Positions 52,166-63,762 of a stretch of 64,000 nucleotides of DNA are shown here, piece by piece. The number at the start of each line of letters is the position of its first letter. Within the stretch, counting starts at the first letter, position 1. The stretch covers positions 73,222,001 through 73,286,000 of the forward strand of contig NC_087444.1 in NCBI RefSeq assembly GCF_036321535.1. The letters are read 5' to 3'. A program made the position numbers and the translations under genes. Under the pieces are notes generated by a model. That model searched no databases. It was not told where the DNA came from and worked only from the letters and a program-made list of their open reading frames with translations. The stretch comes from Camelus dromedarius (taxonomy: Eukaryota).

Positions 52166-55100
52166 TTTCCTCACCACTATCCTAACAAGTTTCATTTTTG
52201 TTTTTGTTTTCTTTTGGTGGGGGTAGGCAGTGGTCAACTTATCCATCTGCTTTCCAACTTCCGAAGTTTGATTCCTGTGGCTTCCTTTCCTGTTGCCTCT
52301 GCATCTTCAAAAAAAAAAAAAAAATCCCTTTTCTATGGGTTCAGGAAAGAGTGAAATTAGAGGGATGTGTTTAGTTCATCACCTTTACATGGAAGTTTCT
52401 CCTGGCTTTTTTTTTTTTTTTTTTCTTGTAAGATACATCAAAAGAGTTCTGGATCATTACCACATTAAGGTAATAAAGAATTCTTTATTCCCATCCCAAG
52501 ACTAGGCTCAGCAACAATCAGATATTATTCTTTCTGCTTCTAGCAGTTTCCCAAAAGAGGGATTATTTTTGAGCAGCTGAATGTCTGGGACCCCCTGCAT
52601 TGAGGTGGCTCACCTGGCCTTGGGAAAGGGTCAGACAAGAAGAGTGTACCCGAAAGCCCCAACCATAGTCAAGACTGAGGGGCTGCTTCAACTGGGGAGG
52701 TGTTAAGACCTTTTATAATCTGCCCTGAGGTGGGAATGATGGGCTGAGGATTCCAATCACGTCTCCGTTGCCTTCTTTGTGGCTGGCTCCAGGGTAACCA
52801 ACAAGCAAGCTGGAGAGAGCTGCATCTCACACGGAAATATTGCAGCCCTCTCTTACGTGTATGCTTTGTCTGAGAAGGGTGAACATTGATCAGTGTGCTA
52901 CTTTTGAGGAATACTAAATGGTCAACTGGTACAATTTGTCAATGTCTATCAAAGTGACCAAATCACTCACCCTTTGACTCCCTCTCCCTGATGAGAATTT
53001 GTCCTGAAGACATAGTTGTTCAGGTTTCAAATGACTTCTGTGCAAGATTAATCATTGTGTTCATGAAAGCAAAAGATTGGAAATAACTAAAACCCACCGA
53101 TGGGTAATGGTTACATAAGATGGTGGGACATCTATTGATGGAATACTATGCAGCTTTGAGCAAGAATTAGGACAACTCTAGGAACTGATCTGAACAGATC
53201 TCTCCATTATAAAAAAAAAAAAAAGCAAGGAGCAAAACAGTGTACATAACATGTTTTATGTATAAAATGAAGAAAAGAATATATAGGTGTGCTTGCTCGT
53301 ATTCACATAAAGAAACTCTGGAAGAATAATAGCAAGAGATGTGGATGGACATGAGAATAACGAATGGCAAGAAAGTGGTTAGAAAACAGAGGTAGGAAGA
53401 GGACCTGGTGCTGGATAGCTTTGTATTATTTGGCTTTGAGATCTCGTGAATTTTTGCACATTTGAAGAATTAATTTTAAGAGAGAAGATGAAAAATAGAC
53501 AATAGTCCCAGTGTGCTACACTGGTCTGTTTCTCTCTAGAAAAGAAAACTTCAGGATAAGCGATGAGGGTCCTAAGACGGTGACAGTCAGGATGGCCTGG
53601 ATTTTGCTGTAGTAACAAGCAGCGCTCGAATCTCACAGGTTTGCCCCATTGAAATTTAAGTCTTGTTCATTGGTCAAAGCAAGTCACATGACCCTGTCAA
53701 ACTGCAGGAGTGCCGAGATGCAGCCCTGCCAAGTGCCCAGGTCAGGGGAGAGCTGCGATTACTTGGCACAGGGTAAAAGACAACCACAGGTTTACAGAGG
53801 GCAGTTTCAGTGAGGGCCTCCCGGAGCCCAGTCTGAATCCGGGGCTCCTGTTTTCCCTGCTCTGTAGTTAACACCGACCTCTCGAAGCTCAGTCTCAGCC
53901 TTTGCCCTCCTCCTGGCTCCCAAAGGGCATCTTCTCTGGGTCCAATAGCCTATTTTTACAACAGACCAGCCATTTTCGGGGTGATATGGTAACAGCTGGA
54001 AACTTGATCTGATTTATATTGATAGACACTAGAAGCTTCATATGCATTCTAGCTGTGCCCTTTACTGGCTGGGGAACATCCAAGAGGTTGTGAACAAGTT
54101 ACTTAACTTCTCCAGGCCTTGGTTTGTTCATCTGTAGAATGGGGACAATAATAGATATTGTCTCCTAGGTTGTTAGAACTGATGTGTGAGGATTAGATGT
54201 GTGTGTGTGGAAGGAACAGTGCCCAGAAAGTAGGAAGCTCTATACAGTGTAGCTATTCAGACATAGTTTTTATTCTGTCATTGTTTACTGTGGGACAGTC
54301 TGGAGAATAGTATTGTTCTGATCACGTGAAAAAGGAGGGCATGTGCTTGCATATAGGAAAAGGTGCGGATGTGAAGTGTTAAGGAGCATGGTTTCCGACG
54401 TTCACACTTGTGGAATCCACCGTCTGTGGTTGCTGCATCCCTGTGCCACCGATCTGTGTATCTGAGAGCGTACCCACGCTCGTTTGCATCTTCAAATCTG
54501 CCCCGTCCTAGGCTGCTCCATCCCCGTTCACCGCCACCCCCTGTGCACCTCAACCCAGCAGCATGTGAGTCAGGTCTGTGGGATCACTTTTACAAAGAGT
54601 ATAGTGGTGAGGAGCACGGCCCCTGGGCCCGAGCTGCCTGGGTTCAAATCCCAGCTCTGGTGCTTGCTACCTGCGTAACTCCAGGCAAGCTACTGAACCA
54701 CTCTGTGCCTTGGTTTCCCCATCTGATAAATGGGGATGGTAATAGCAGGACCGGTTGTACAGGATTGTTACGGGGATTGAACGAGTTAATGCCTTGGAAC
54801 TTTTGGCACCGAGAAGTCGCTTTGCGTGTGGGGTTCGTTCTCTTCAGCACTTTATACACCTGAAATCAACTTGTGCAAGTTTATCTTCGGTTTGCAGGCT
54901 GTCTCTTTCCCCTCTAAGGTGTCTTACTGGCTCCTGAAGCAGTGCTCAGCACATCTGATTTGCTCAGAACATATCTGGTAGATAAATTCATTCGTTTGTG
55001 TATTCCCCCAACTTCATCAAATGTCACCACACCACTTCAATGTCACCCACGCATTTCCCCAAACTCCTTGCTTCCCCCAACCCTGTTTTTTTCTTTACAC

Positions 55101-55289
55101 ACACACACACATACACACAAGATTTTATATATTTATATTTATTTAATGATCCAGGGACTTTGGTTAACTGAAGCTCCCAGTCAAGTGGATGATCAGGAGG
55201 GGCTCGTGGAGAGTATCTGAGTACTTTCTTGATGAAAACCATTTGAAAGTCAGTTCGGCTAGACAGAAAAATCTTTGGCTCACGTTCCC

Positions 55290-55590
55290 TTTCTTTTTCT
55301 TTTTCTTTTTCTTTCTCTTTTTCATTTAACAGCTTTATTGAGATACAATTCCCATATCATAACATTCCCTGTTTTCAAGTGTACAGTTCAGTGTGTTTTC
55401 AATATATTCACCAAGTTGTAAAACCATCACCACTATCTAACTCCAGGGCACTTTCGTCATCCCCCAAAGAAACCCCCTACCCCGTTAGCATTCACTCCCC
55501 ATTCCCTCCTCCCTCCAACCCCTGGGACCCACCAATCTACTTTCTGTCTTTGTAGATTTGCTTACTCTAGACATTCAAATGGAAACATAT
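55290..55590 (-). mobile_element. L1M 3' end (antisense)
   Basis: T-rich tail, acagctttattgagatacaatt, accaatctactttctgtct. Confidence 0.8.
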
Positions 55591-55677
55591 CAATGGCCCC
55601 CACCATTCTTAATGATCTGGGCTTGACTCCCAGCCTCACTGCTTGTTGGCTCCATGGCCTGGAACAAGTCACTCCCC

Positions 55678-56243
55678 TGTGGAGTCAGGGTCCCTAAGAC
55701 CACCGTCGGGTTCCATGAGACTCATACAACTCAGCAAAGCTGTTATTTATACTCACGGTTAAAGTTTATTACAGTGAAATGATACAGAGTGAAATCAGCC
55801 AACGAGTGCATGGGGCAGAGTCTGGGGAGACCAGATGCTGCTTACATTTGTCTCTCCCAGGGGAGGCATCTGGACAGTGATTATTTCTCCTGGCAATGAT
55901 GTGTGACAACACACACCGGGTGTCACCCACCGGGGAGGCTCACCTGAGCCCTGAGTCGAGTTTTCATTGGGGTTTGGTCATGGACACATGACTGACTGCC
56001 TGAGTGGCTGACCTCAGGCTCCAGCCCCTCTAGAGGTCAGTCCAAGGCCCCCACTGTAAATCGGCTGTTAGCATAGATTGTCCAGATTGGCTCAAGCCCC
56101 CAGGTGAAGGAAGTCTCTCTTATCAGGCAGAACATTCCAAGGGCTTGGAGGCGCTCTCCCAGGAGTCAGGATAGAGCCAAATATTTCTTTGGAATGTGCA
56201 GGATTTGGACAACCCAGACCTGCTGAGTTAATCCTTTACTGCA
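55678..56243 (-). mobile_element. MER21/MER68-group ERVL LTR relic
   Basis: gggtccctaagaccacc...caactcagcaaagctgttat...gtttattacagtgaa; family assignment approximate. Confidence 0.6.
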
Positions 56244-57285
56244 AACCTGGAATCTTTCACCCTCAGTTTCCATGTCTATGATATAAGGAAGATAATGGTC
56301 ACCGTCTCAGCAATGAACCTCACTCAGTCAGAGGGCCCCACACCAACCCTAGTACCGCTAGCCCTTCTCTTTAGCATGCCCTCCATGCTCTGGAAATAAT
56401 AATAGTAATAATAACAGTTGTCACTCAATAAACACTGGTCTTGCACCAGGCACTGTGCTACACGCTTCACGCAGATTAACCCATTTAATCCTCATAGCAA
56501 CTTTGTAGGGTCAGTGTAGCTATGCTCCTCACCTTTGAGGATGGGAGCAGCTCCCATGCTCAGACACAGCACAGAGAAGTTCAGACACTTTCCCTAAGTC
56601 ACACAGCTGGTGCATACATTCACACAGCTAGTAAGAGGAAGAACCTGGCTTTGTATCCCTAGAGTCTGGCTCCAGGGTCCAGGAACACTTAACTGTCCAG
56701 TCATTGGGCCTCTGTGCTGAAGGCAACACTGGTTGTGCTATTGTTCACAGAGTCTTGGCCAGTCCAACAGGGCAGGACTGGGGCCAGTCTCAGTCCCCTC
56801 TCTCTCCTCAAGGCTAGTATGACATGAGGCACACACTAGGTGCTCAGTAAATGCTGTTCAATGAACAAAAGGCTATGCAAGGAAAGCTTCTGTGCCCTCT
56901 TTAGAAAGAAACCCCAATATCAGAAATCTAAGTTTTCTCTTTAAGAATGGAAGTCAGCTTCTAATTAGACAAGTGCTTGCCATCTCTGGGAAAGTCTCAA
57001 GGTAAATACATTTTGCTGTATTTCCTTTTCTCTTATTCCTGCCTCTCAAGGAGAAAAAGATCAGAACTTACCTGATACCATAGAAACATGTAAGGTATTG
57101 GTTTTTAACCCATTGTTCCTATTACGATTTTGTTCTTCTTTTTTGGGGGAGATGTAATTGACATATAACATTATGTTAATTTCAGGTGTACAGTACAATG
57201 ATTTGATATTTATATATAGTGAAATGATTACCATGTTATGTCTAGTTAACATCTGATGACTTTTATCTTTATGTTAGTTTCTCAA

Positions 57286-57491
57286 CTGGTGTCGTCAACT
57301 AGAATTTTCTATGATGATGGAGACATCCTTGATCTGCACCACCCAATGGAGTAGGCACTAGCCTCATGTGGCTTTTGGGCACTGAAATATGACCAGTGTG
57401 ACTGACCAACTGAATTTTTATATCTTTAAAAATATTAATTTAAATGTAAATAACTACATGTGGCTGGAGGCTACTATATTGGACAGAGCAG
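57286..57491 (+). mobile_element. MER3-like element
   Basis: tagaattttctatgatgatgg...ctacatgtggctggaggctactatattggacagagcag. Confidence 0.72.
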
Positions 57492-59347
57492 TTCTAGATG
57501 GAAACATCGGCTGAGACCAATGAAATCATAAAGTCATAGCAGATATAAAAATTAACAATGGTTGAAAAAAATGTAACTTATTCAGCGATAAGCTGAGTAG
57601 GCTTTTTTGTAACATTTATTGAATTTCTTTTTGATTTAAGATGCTTTATGTATAATTTCAGGATTAGGGAAGCAATTTTCTTGTTCTTTCTGGACTCGAC
57701 TCAACCTTTTTTCTTTCTTTTTTTAAAACAGAATTGGGTTTGATTTTTGTTTTTCCTTTAAAAGCTAAGAACTGTGCATTGCTTTTTAACCAGTTTTGTA
57801 GGAGGAAGTTAGATCATGGCAGAATGATTTGTGAAGAGATCCGTGCTCAAACCATATTCCAATCTGGGTTCTGCAGCTTTGAGTCAGCTCTGACAGAGAC
57901 TGGCTTATAAGAGCATAGCCGCCTGCCTGGTAGAGGGGGCCCTAGCTGATCGTTGCTTATCTCCCTACCCCAGTAAAGGTCTTTCGTGCAATAATAAAGA
58001 GGCCAGACTGGCTGAAGCCAAGGCAGACAAGAGGGATAGAAGATGAGGTCCAAGGGCCTGATCGCCCAGTGCGTAGCCGTGGCATGAACTCTGGATTTGA
58101 CTTGAAGTGTGATCGCAAGTTCTGGGAAGGGTTTTTAAGTGGGGTGGGGGTGATCTGATTGGAGTTTTAAAAATGTCTCCCCATGTGGGGACAGACAAGA
58201 GGGCTCAGGAGGAGACAGGGAGCCCAGTGAGGAGGCAGTCACAATAATTCAAATGAGAGACGGCAGGGAAGCTTTGACCAGGATAGTGGCCATGGGCATG
58301 GGGAGAAGAGGTCAGATTCTGGACTCCTTTTGAAGGTCGCTGCTAGGATGTGGGGATGGATTGCATGTGCAGAGTGAAGAAAGAGAAGAACCAAGAGCCA
58401 GTCTGAGCTCTGGAGTGGATGGTGGAGTCAGAAGTGGCAGGTTAGAATCAAGGTGGGTATTTAGAATCAAGGGTGGCTTTGGGCCATCAATCTCAGGCGA
58501 CATGTGAGCTGTCCAAGGGGCCATACTGTTGCTGAAGCAGTTAAATAGGTAGGTCTAGAGCCTGGGGATACAGACCTAGGAGTTGTCAACTTAGAGATGC
58601 TGAAGGCCGTGTGACTGAATGAGATGCCCTTCGCAGAGCCTAAAGACAGGAGAGAGGAGAAGAGTGGGCCAGGACAGAATCTGCAATGCAGCGACATTTA
58701 GAGGTGGAGCAGGGGGCGAGGGGCAGGCAGAAGAGACTGCAGAGGAGAGGCCTGGGAAGAAGGAGGAAAGTCAGGATTCTCCAGGGTGACAGAAGCCAAG
58801 AGAGACCCATGATCCAGAAAGGGTCGGCATTACTGTACTGATTGCTGCTGAGAACTCAAGTAAGATAGTAGTGACGGCTGGGATTTGATACATGCCAGGC
58901 ATCACTGCAAGTTCTGAGCATGAATAATCTCCTTGTAGCCTCACCACAACTATTAGGTAGACATTATTATTCCCATTTTGCAGACAAGGAAATTGAGACT
59001 AAAATGCTAGGGGAAGTCCCTTGCCCAGGGTCCCACAGCTAGAAAGAGACAAAGACAGGATTCAAACCTAGACTGTATTCCCTGAACTTGCACTCCAGAG
59101 AAGAGGCCAATGGTTATGCTGCACACTCGCACCCTGGTGCACTCAGTTATTCAGGATGTATTGAGCTTTTGCCCAGGCCAGATGCCATTCAGAGCACTGA
59201 GGGATGCAAAAGTGAACGGGAACAATACCCTTGGGGGGCTTACCTTTTAGGAAGGGTAAACAGGCAACAAGCAAACTAATAAATAAAGATGTAACATGCT
59301 TCACGGAGGTGTCATGGCTGTAAGTGTAGAGAGAGCCAGGGTGTTTG

Positions 59348-59864
59348 TGCCACTGAGTACAAACTCATACTGCTTGCCACACGACAGGCCAATAAATCTA
59401 GAGATGACTTGTTAGGGCAAGGAATAGCAACTTTATTCAGAGAGCCAGCTGACTGAGAAGATGGTGGACTAGTGTCCCAAAGAAACATCTTGCCCGGGTT
59501 TGGATGCTAGTTTCTTTTACAGAACAAAGACAGGGGAGATGAGGAGGTAAAGTGAAAAAGGCAGTGAGCTGTTGTAAATATTTCCTGGTTCTGGCCAGAC
59601 TCCAGAGGGGATGTGTAAATTTGTTTCCTGCAGCCATGCATAGGTGGGCCTGGTCAGGGTGTTTCCTGTGAGCTAAACAAAGGCATTTTAGCTTAAGGCT
59701 CAGGCATGGGAGGCAGGGTTCCCAGAGATGAGCCCTCACGTATAATTTAAGCTTATTGGCAACATCCCTTTGGTGATTAACTTGTAGCAAAAGCAATAGA
59801 ATACAAATGTTAAAGTAAAAGAAACAGATCCAATATGGAGTCAGATTTGTTCTTCCTTATTACA
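59348..59864 (-). mobile_element. Solo ERV1-class LTR in the last ZSWIM9 intron (antisense)
   Basis: TG...CA ends, 517 bp, 4-bp TSD TTTG at 59344-59347 and 59865-59868, minus-strand AATAAA near 59432. Confidence 0.85.
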
Positions 59865-60289
59865 TTTGCTTAGGTGGGGTGGTCAGAGAACTTTTATGAG
59901 CATGTGGTCTTTAAGCAGGGATGATAATTATAGTATAACAAACACTTAGCACTTACTATTTGTCCAGTGAGTTTTGTAGGATAATGGTAATATTTGTGCC
60001 AGGCAGTGTTTCTCAATGTTCTAATCATTTCATTCTTCCAATCACAGACATAGTCTCATCGTCATCATTTGGTGAATGAGATGAAGGTCAGGGCAGTTGC
60101 CAGAAGCCACACAGCCAGGAAGTGGGGGCTCCGGGCAGTTTCAGTTCCCAGAAGGGAAAACTGGGAAACAAGGAGGTTAAGGAGGAAACTGAGGCACAGG
60201 GAGCTGAAGTCACAAGGTTAGAAAGTGGTGCGGCCAGGACTCAAACCTAGGCAGTCTGCCTGCACAGTCTATGCGTTTTACTCCTAGCC

Positions 60290-60468
60290 CAGTGGCTCTC
60301 TTACTTGAACATGCGTGGGAATCCCTCGGAGGGCAGATTGCTGGGCCCCTTCCCCATAATTTCTGACTCAGCAGGACTGCGGTGGGGCTGAGAATATGCA
60401 TTTCTATCAAAGTCCCAGCAAGTGATACTGACACTGCTGGTCCGGGGCCTACCCTTTGAGAACCACTG
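60290..60468. mobile_element. MER5A-like hAT-Charlie element
   Basis: TIR-like CAGTGGCTCTC / GAGAACCACTG; internal tttctgactcagcagg and gaatatgcatttcta. Confidence 0.75.
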
Positions 60469-60787
60469 TCCTAGGCTGCCTCGCAGCGCGTGAAGGAATG
60501 AATACTCAATTCCCAGTAGGGGAAACTGAGGCTCAGAGAGGTGGTCTAGTAGGCAAAAATCACAGTTATTAGGTGGCGGTGTCAGGATGGTAAAACCAGG
60601 TAATCTGCCTCCGGGGTCCGCGTTTTTAACCATCCCCTGCACCGCCTCCTGCGGGTCAAAGGAATCAATGCACGCACGTCTGAAAGAATGGATGGATTCG
60701 CGTTGCCTAGGATGGGGGCAAATCGCAGGCGGGCCGACCTCCGGCGTCTGCTGACCGCTGTCCCTGCCTCCCCGTCTCCGCCCACAG

Positions 60788-62980
60788 GTGAAGCTGGTGT
60801 TCGTGGAGGACCAGGCGGTGGTGGAGACCGTGTTCTTTCTGACGTCGCGCACGCGGGCGCTGCTGCGGCGCTTCCCGCGCATGCTCCTGGTGGACCGGCT
60901 GCCGGGGCTGCAGGGCGCGCTGGACCTGCTGGCGGTGCTGTGCGTGGACGGCGCGGGCCGAGCGCGCCAGGCCGCCTGCTGCGTGGCGCGGCCGGGCACG
61001 CCGAGCCTGCTGCGCTTCGCGCTGGCCTCGCTGCTGCAGAGCGCGCCCGACGTCAAGGGCCGCGTGCGCTGCCTGACGGCCGGGCCCGAGGTGGCCGCGC
61101 AGCTGCCCGCCGTGCGCCAGCTGCTGCCGGGCGCGCGCGTGCAGATCTGCCGCGCGCAGGGCCTGGAGACGCTCTTCAGCAAGGCGCAGGAGCTGGGCGG
61201 CGCCCGCCGCGAGGACCCGGGCCTGTGGCCGCGCCTGTGTCGCCTGGCGGGCGCCCTGTCGCCCGCCGCCTACGCCGAGGCGCTGGCCGAGCTGCGCGCC
61301 CACGGCCCGGCGGCCTTCGTCGATTACTTCGAGCGCAACTGGGCGCCTCGCCGCGACATGTGGGTGCGCTTCCGCGCCTTCGAGGCGGCGCGGGACCTGG
61401 ACGCGTGCGCTCTGGTGCGCGGCCACCGCCGGCGCCTGCTGCGCCGCCTGAGTCCCTCGCGCAGCGTGGCGCAGTGCCTGCGAGACCTGGTGGCCATGCA
61501 GTGGGCCGATGCGGCTGGGGAGGCGGCGCCCGACTTCTCCGACGATGGGGGGCCTTGGCTGGAGAGTGAGCCGGGGAGGGGAAGCCGGGTGGAGAAGGAG
61601 AGGCTGAAGGGCCTGAAGGAGACTGGGGACTGGGGAGGGACCCCGAAAGAAGGAAGTATTTGGAGAGAAGCCCAGTTAGAGAAGGAGTGGATCAGAGGAC
61701 TGGAGCCCAGAGACCGGGGAGGGGCTCAGGCAGAAAGCGAGAAGGGGAGGGGGTTGCAAGTTCGAGATTGGAGAGGGTTCCAGTCGGAAAACCAGAAGGG
61801 AAGAGGTCTAGAAGGGAATGTCTGGAGAGGGTCCCAGTTGGAGAAGGAGCACTTGAGAGGTCCCGAGATCAGAGACTGGAGGGGGAGTCCGTTGGAGGGT
61901 GAGAAAGATGGCGGACTAGAAGGTTATATTTGGAGGGGGGCCCCGTTGGAGGCCCAGAGGTTGAGAGGATTGGACGGGTACACTCGGAGGGTGGCCCAGT
62001 TGGAGGACCGAAGAGTTAGGGTGCTGGAGACTGCAGACGGGAGGGGGACCCCGCTTGATTATGAGAGGGCCGGGAGTCTGGACGGGAACACCTGGAGCCG
62101 GGCCCGGTTGCAAGATGAGAGGGCGAGTGGACTGAAAGCCAGAGACTGGAAGGGGCCTCAGTGGGAAGCGGAGAAAGGAAGGGGGCTGGAGGTCCAAAAC
62201 TGGAGGGGGAGCCATATGGAGAAGCCGGTGGAATTGGCCCCTGAGAACGGAGACCAAAGAGGGCCCCAGTGGGGAGATGGGAGGCAGAAAGGGCCAGAGA
62301 CCAGAGAAGAGAGAGGAGTGAGGTTGGGTGTTAAAAGAAGGAGGGACCTGGGGGATGTAGTTCTGGTCCAGCTGGGGGACCCGAGGGGGACAGGCCTGCA
62401 GAATGGAGATGGAGGGTGTGCCCGGTCTGGGGGCCCCCAAAGCAGAGGAGTGCAGGGGGCGGAGTGTGGAGACACTGGAGGGAGGTGTCTAGCACTGGGG
62501 AATGGAGTCCCGAGCGGCACCCCCATGGGGACTGTGTTTGAGGGTGACCCAGAATGGGCAAGGATAAGGAGGATGGACTTGGCAGCTGGGGAGAGCCTGC
62601 AGGAAGGAAGTGGAGAAGAAGGCCCAAGGGAACCGAAGAGGCCTTGCTGCCCCTCGGAAGAGGAGGAGGTGGACTGGGAGCCCCTGGCCAAGTTCCGAGC
62701 AGCCTGCGGACCAGAGCTGGCCGACCTGGTGGCGGAAGAGCTGGCCTTCGCCCGGCAGCACGGGACCCGTGGTTTCCACTGGATGGGAGCCGGCTTTGCC
62801 CTGAAGGACGGCACCTCGGACTTCTTCCTGGATGGAGCCCTGACGCGCTGCAGCTGCTCCATCCACGCCGCCCGCCGCCTGCCCTGCCGCCACCTCTTCG
62901 CCGCGCGCCTCCTCACCGGGGCAGCCTTATTCCACATGGACCTGCTCAGGGATTGCTGGGGGAGAGACCCGGAGCCCTGA
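60788..62980 (+). CDS. ZSWIM9: ZSWIM9 terminal coding exon (MULE/RNase H-like region, 18-aa repeats, SWIM zinc finger)
   Basis: 730-codon open frame after cccacag. SWIM motif CSC-x9-CRH at 62849-62893, stop TGA at 62978-62980. Full protein 923 aa. Confidence 0.95.
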   Translation: MKLVFVEDQAVVETVFFLTSRTRALLRRFPRMLLVDRLPGLQGALDLLAVLCVDGAGRARQAACCVARPGTPSLLRFALASLLQSAPDVKGRVRCLTAGPEVAAQLPAVRQLLPGARVQICRAQGLETLFSKAQELGGARREDPGLWPRLCRLAGALSPAAYAEALAELRAHGPAAFVDYFERNWAPRRDMWVRFRAFEAARDLDACALVRGHRRRLLRRLSPSRSVAQCLRDLVAMQWADAAGEAAPDFSDDGGPWLESEPGRGSRVEKERLKGLKETGDWGGTPKEGSIWREAQLEKEWIRGLEPRDRGGAQAESEKGRGLQVRDWRGFQSENQKGRGLEGNVWRGSQLEKEHLRGPEIRDWRGSPLEGEKDGGLEGYIWRGAPLEAQRLRGLDGYTRRVAQLEDRRVRVLETADGRGTPLDYERAGSLDGNTWSRARLQDERASGLKARDWKGPQWEAEKGRGLEVQNWRGSHMEKPVELAPENGDQRGPQWGDGRQKGPETREERGVRLGVKRRRDLGDVVLVQLGDPRGTGLQNGDGGCARSGGPQSRGVQGAECGDTGGRCLALGNGVPSGTPMGTVFEGDPEWARIRRMDLAAGESLQEGSGEEGPREPKRPCCPSEEEEVDWEPLAKFRAACGPELADLVAEELAFARQHGTRGFHWMGAGFALKDGTSDFFLDGALTRCSCSIHAARRLPCRHLFAARLLTGAALFHMDLLRDCWGRDPEP
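61661..62220 (+). repeat. ZSWIM9: Coding degenerate tandem repeat, 54-nt/18-aa period, 10 units plus a partial one
   Basis: Units such as WRGSQLEKEHLRGPEIRD. Unit 1 Trp codon at 61661 and unit 11 Trp codon at 62201, exactly 10x54 nt apart. Confidence 0.9.
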
Positions 62981-63756
62981 GTCTCCCAGCCCCCGCCCGT
63001 CACCCTCCACTATGAGGGCAGAAGGGCATTCTTCAATCCCAAAGATAACAGGGCTGATGCCAAGGAGGCCACCCCAGCCCCCCGGCCATCCCCTGTGTCA
63101 TCCAGTGACCTCATCTTGGCAGTTTGCCTCTCTGGGTCCAAGGGGAAGCCGACGGTGTGGTCTCTGAGGTCCTGGAGCCGCAGCTGTGGGAGATGGTGGT
63201 GGCCAGGGTGGATCCCAAGGGCTTCCCTCAGGAGAGGAAATGCGTGATAAGGGATGTAGACAGGTCAGCCCAGGGCAGGAGGAAGAAGGGGATAAACGTG
63301 GGGGAGGGGAGGACACCAGGATGAGGGGACAGCCTGGCAGAGGTGGGAAATAGCAAGGGGTAATGAAGGAGAGGTAAGGGGTGGAAGGACAAAGGGGCGA
63401 CACACATGGAGGAGAGTGGACAATAAAAGAGGCAGAAATAGGGAAGAAGTGGGGGCAGGCAGAGGAAGGCAGGAGAGGAGAGAGGGGCCGGGGAGGGGAG
63501 AAAGAGACAAGAATGGTGGAGAGGGAAGGAAAAAGCAGCTGACAAAGGAAAGGTACAGGTGATGGGGAGGGAAGAAGTGAGAGGGGAGTGATTTTGGTAT
63601 TTCTGTAAGGCCTGGAGTCTTGGGTCCCCTTTGCCTTCAGGTTGTTCATTCCCGGAAGAGGCAGAATGAGAGGGGACACTGGGAGTCTGGTGGGATGGGC
63701 TGGAGGCTCACCATTGGGGGAGGGGAACTGTCTGGACTATCGTGGTGCAAGATTGG

Positions 63757-63762
63757 AATAAA
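63757..63762 (+). terminator. ZSWIM9: ZSWIM9 polyadenylation signal AATAAA
   Basis: Followed by a U/GU-rich tract (TTTTGGTTTCTGTG). The upstream AATAAA at 63422 lacks such a tract. Confidence 0.7.

Noticed and set aside
60301-63003. Long alternative-frame and antisense ORFs (293, 239, 281 aa) overlapping the last ZSWIM9 exon
   Set aside because: Expected by-products of a GC3-rich coding exon; no independent evidence.
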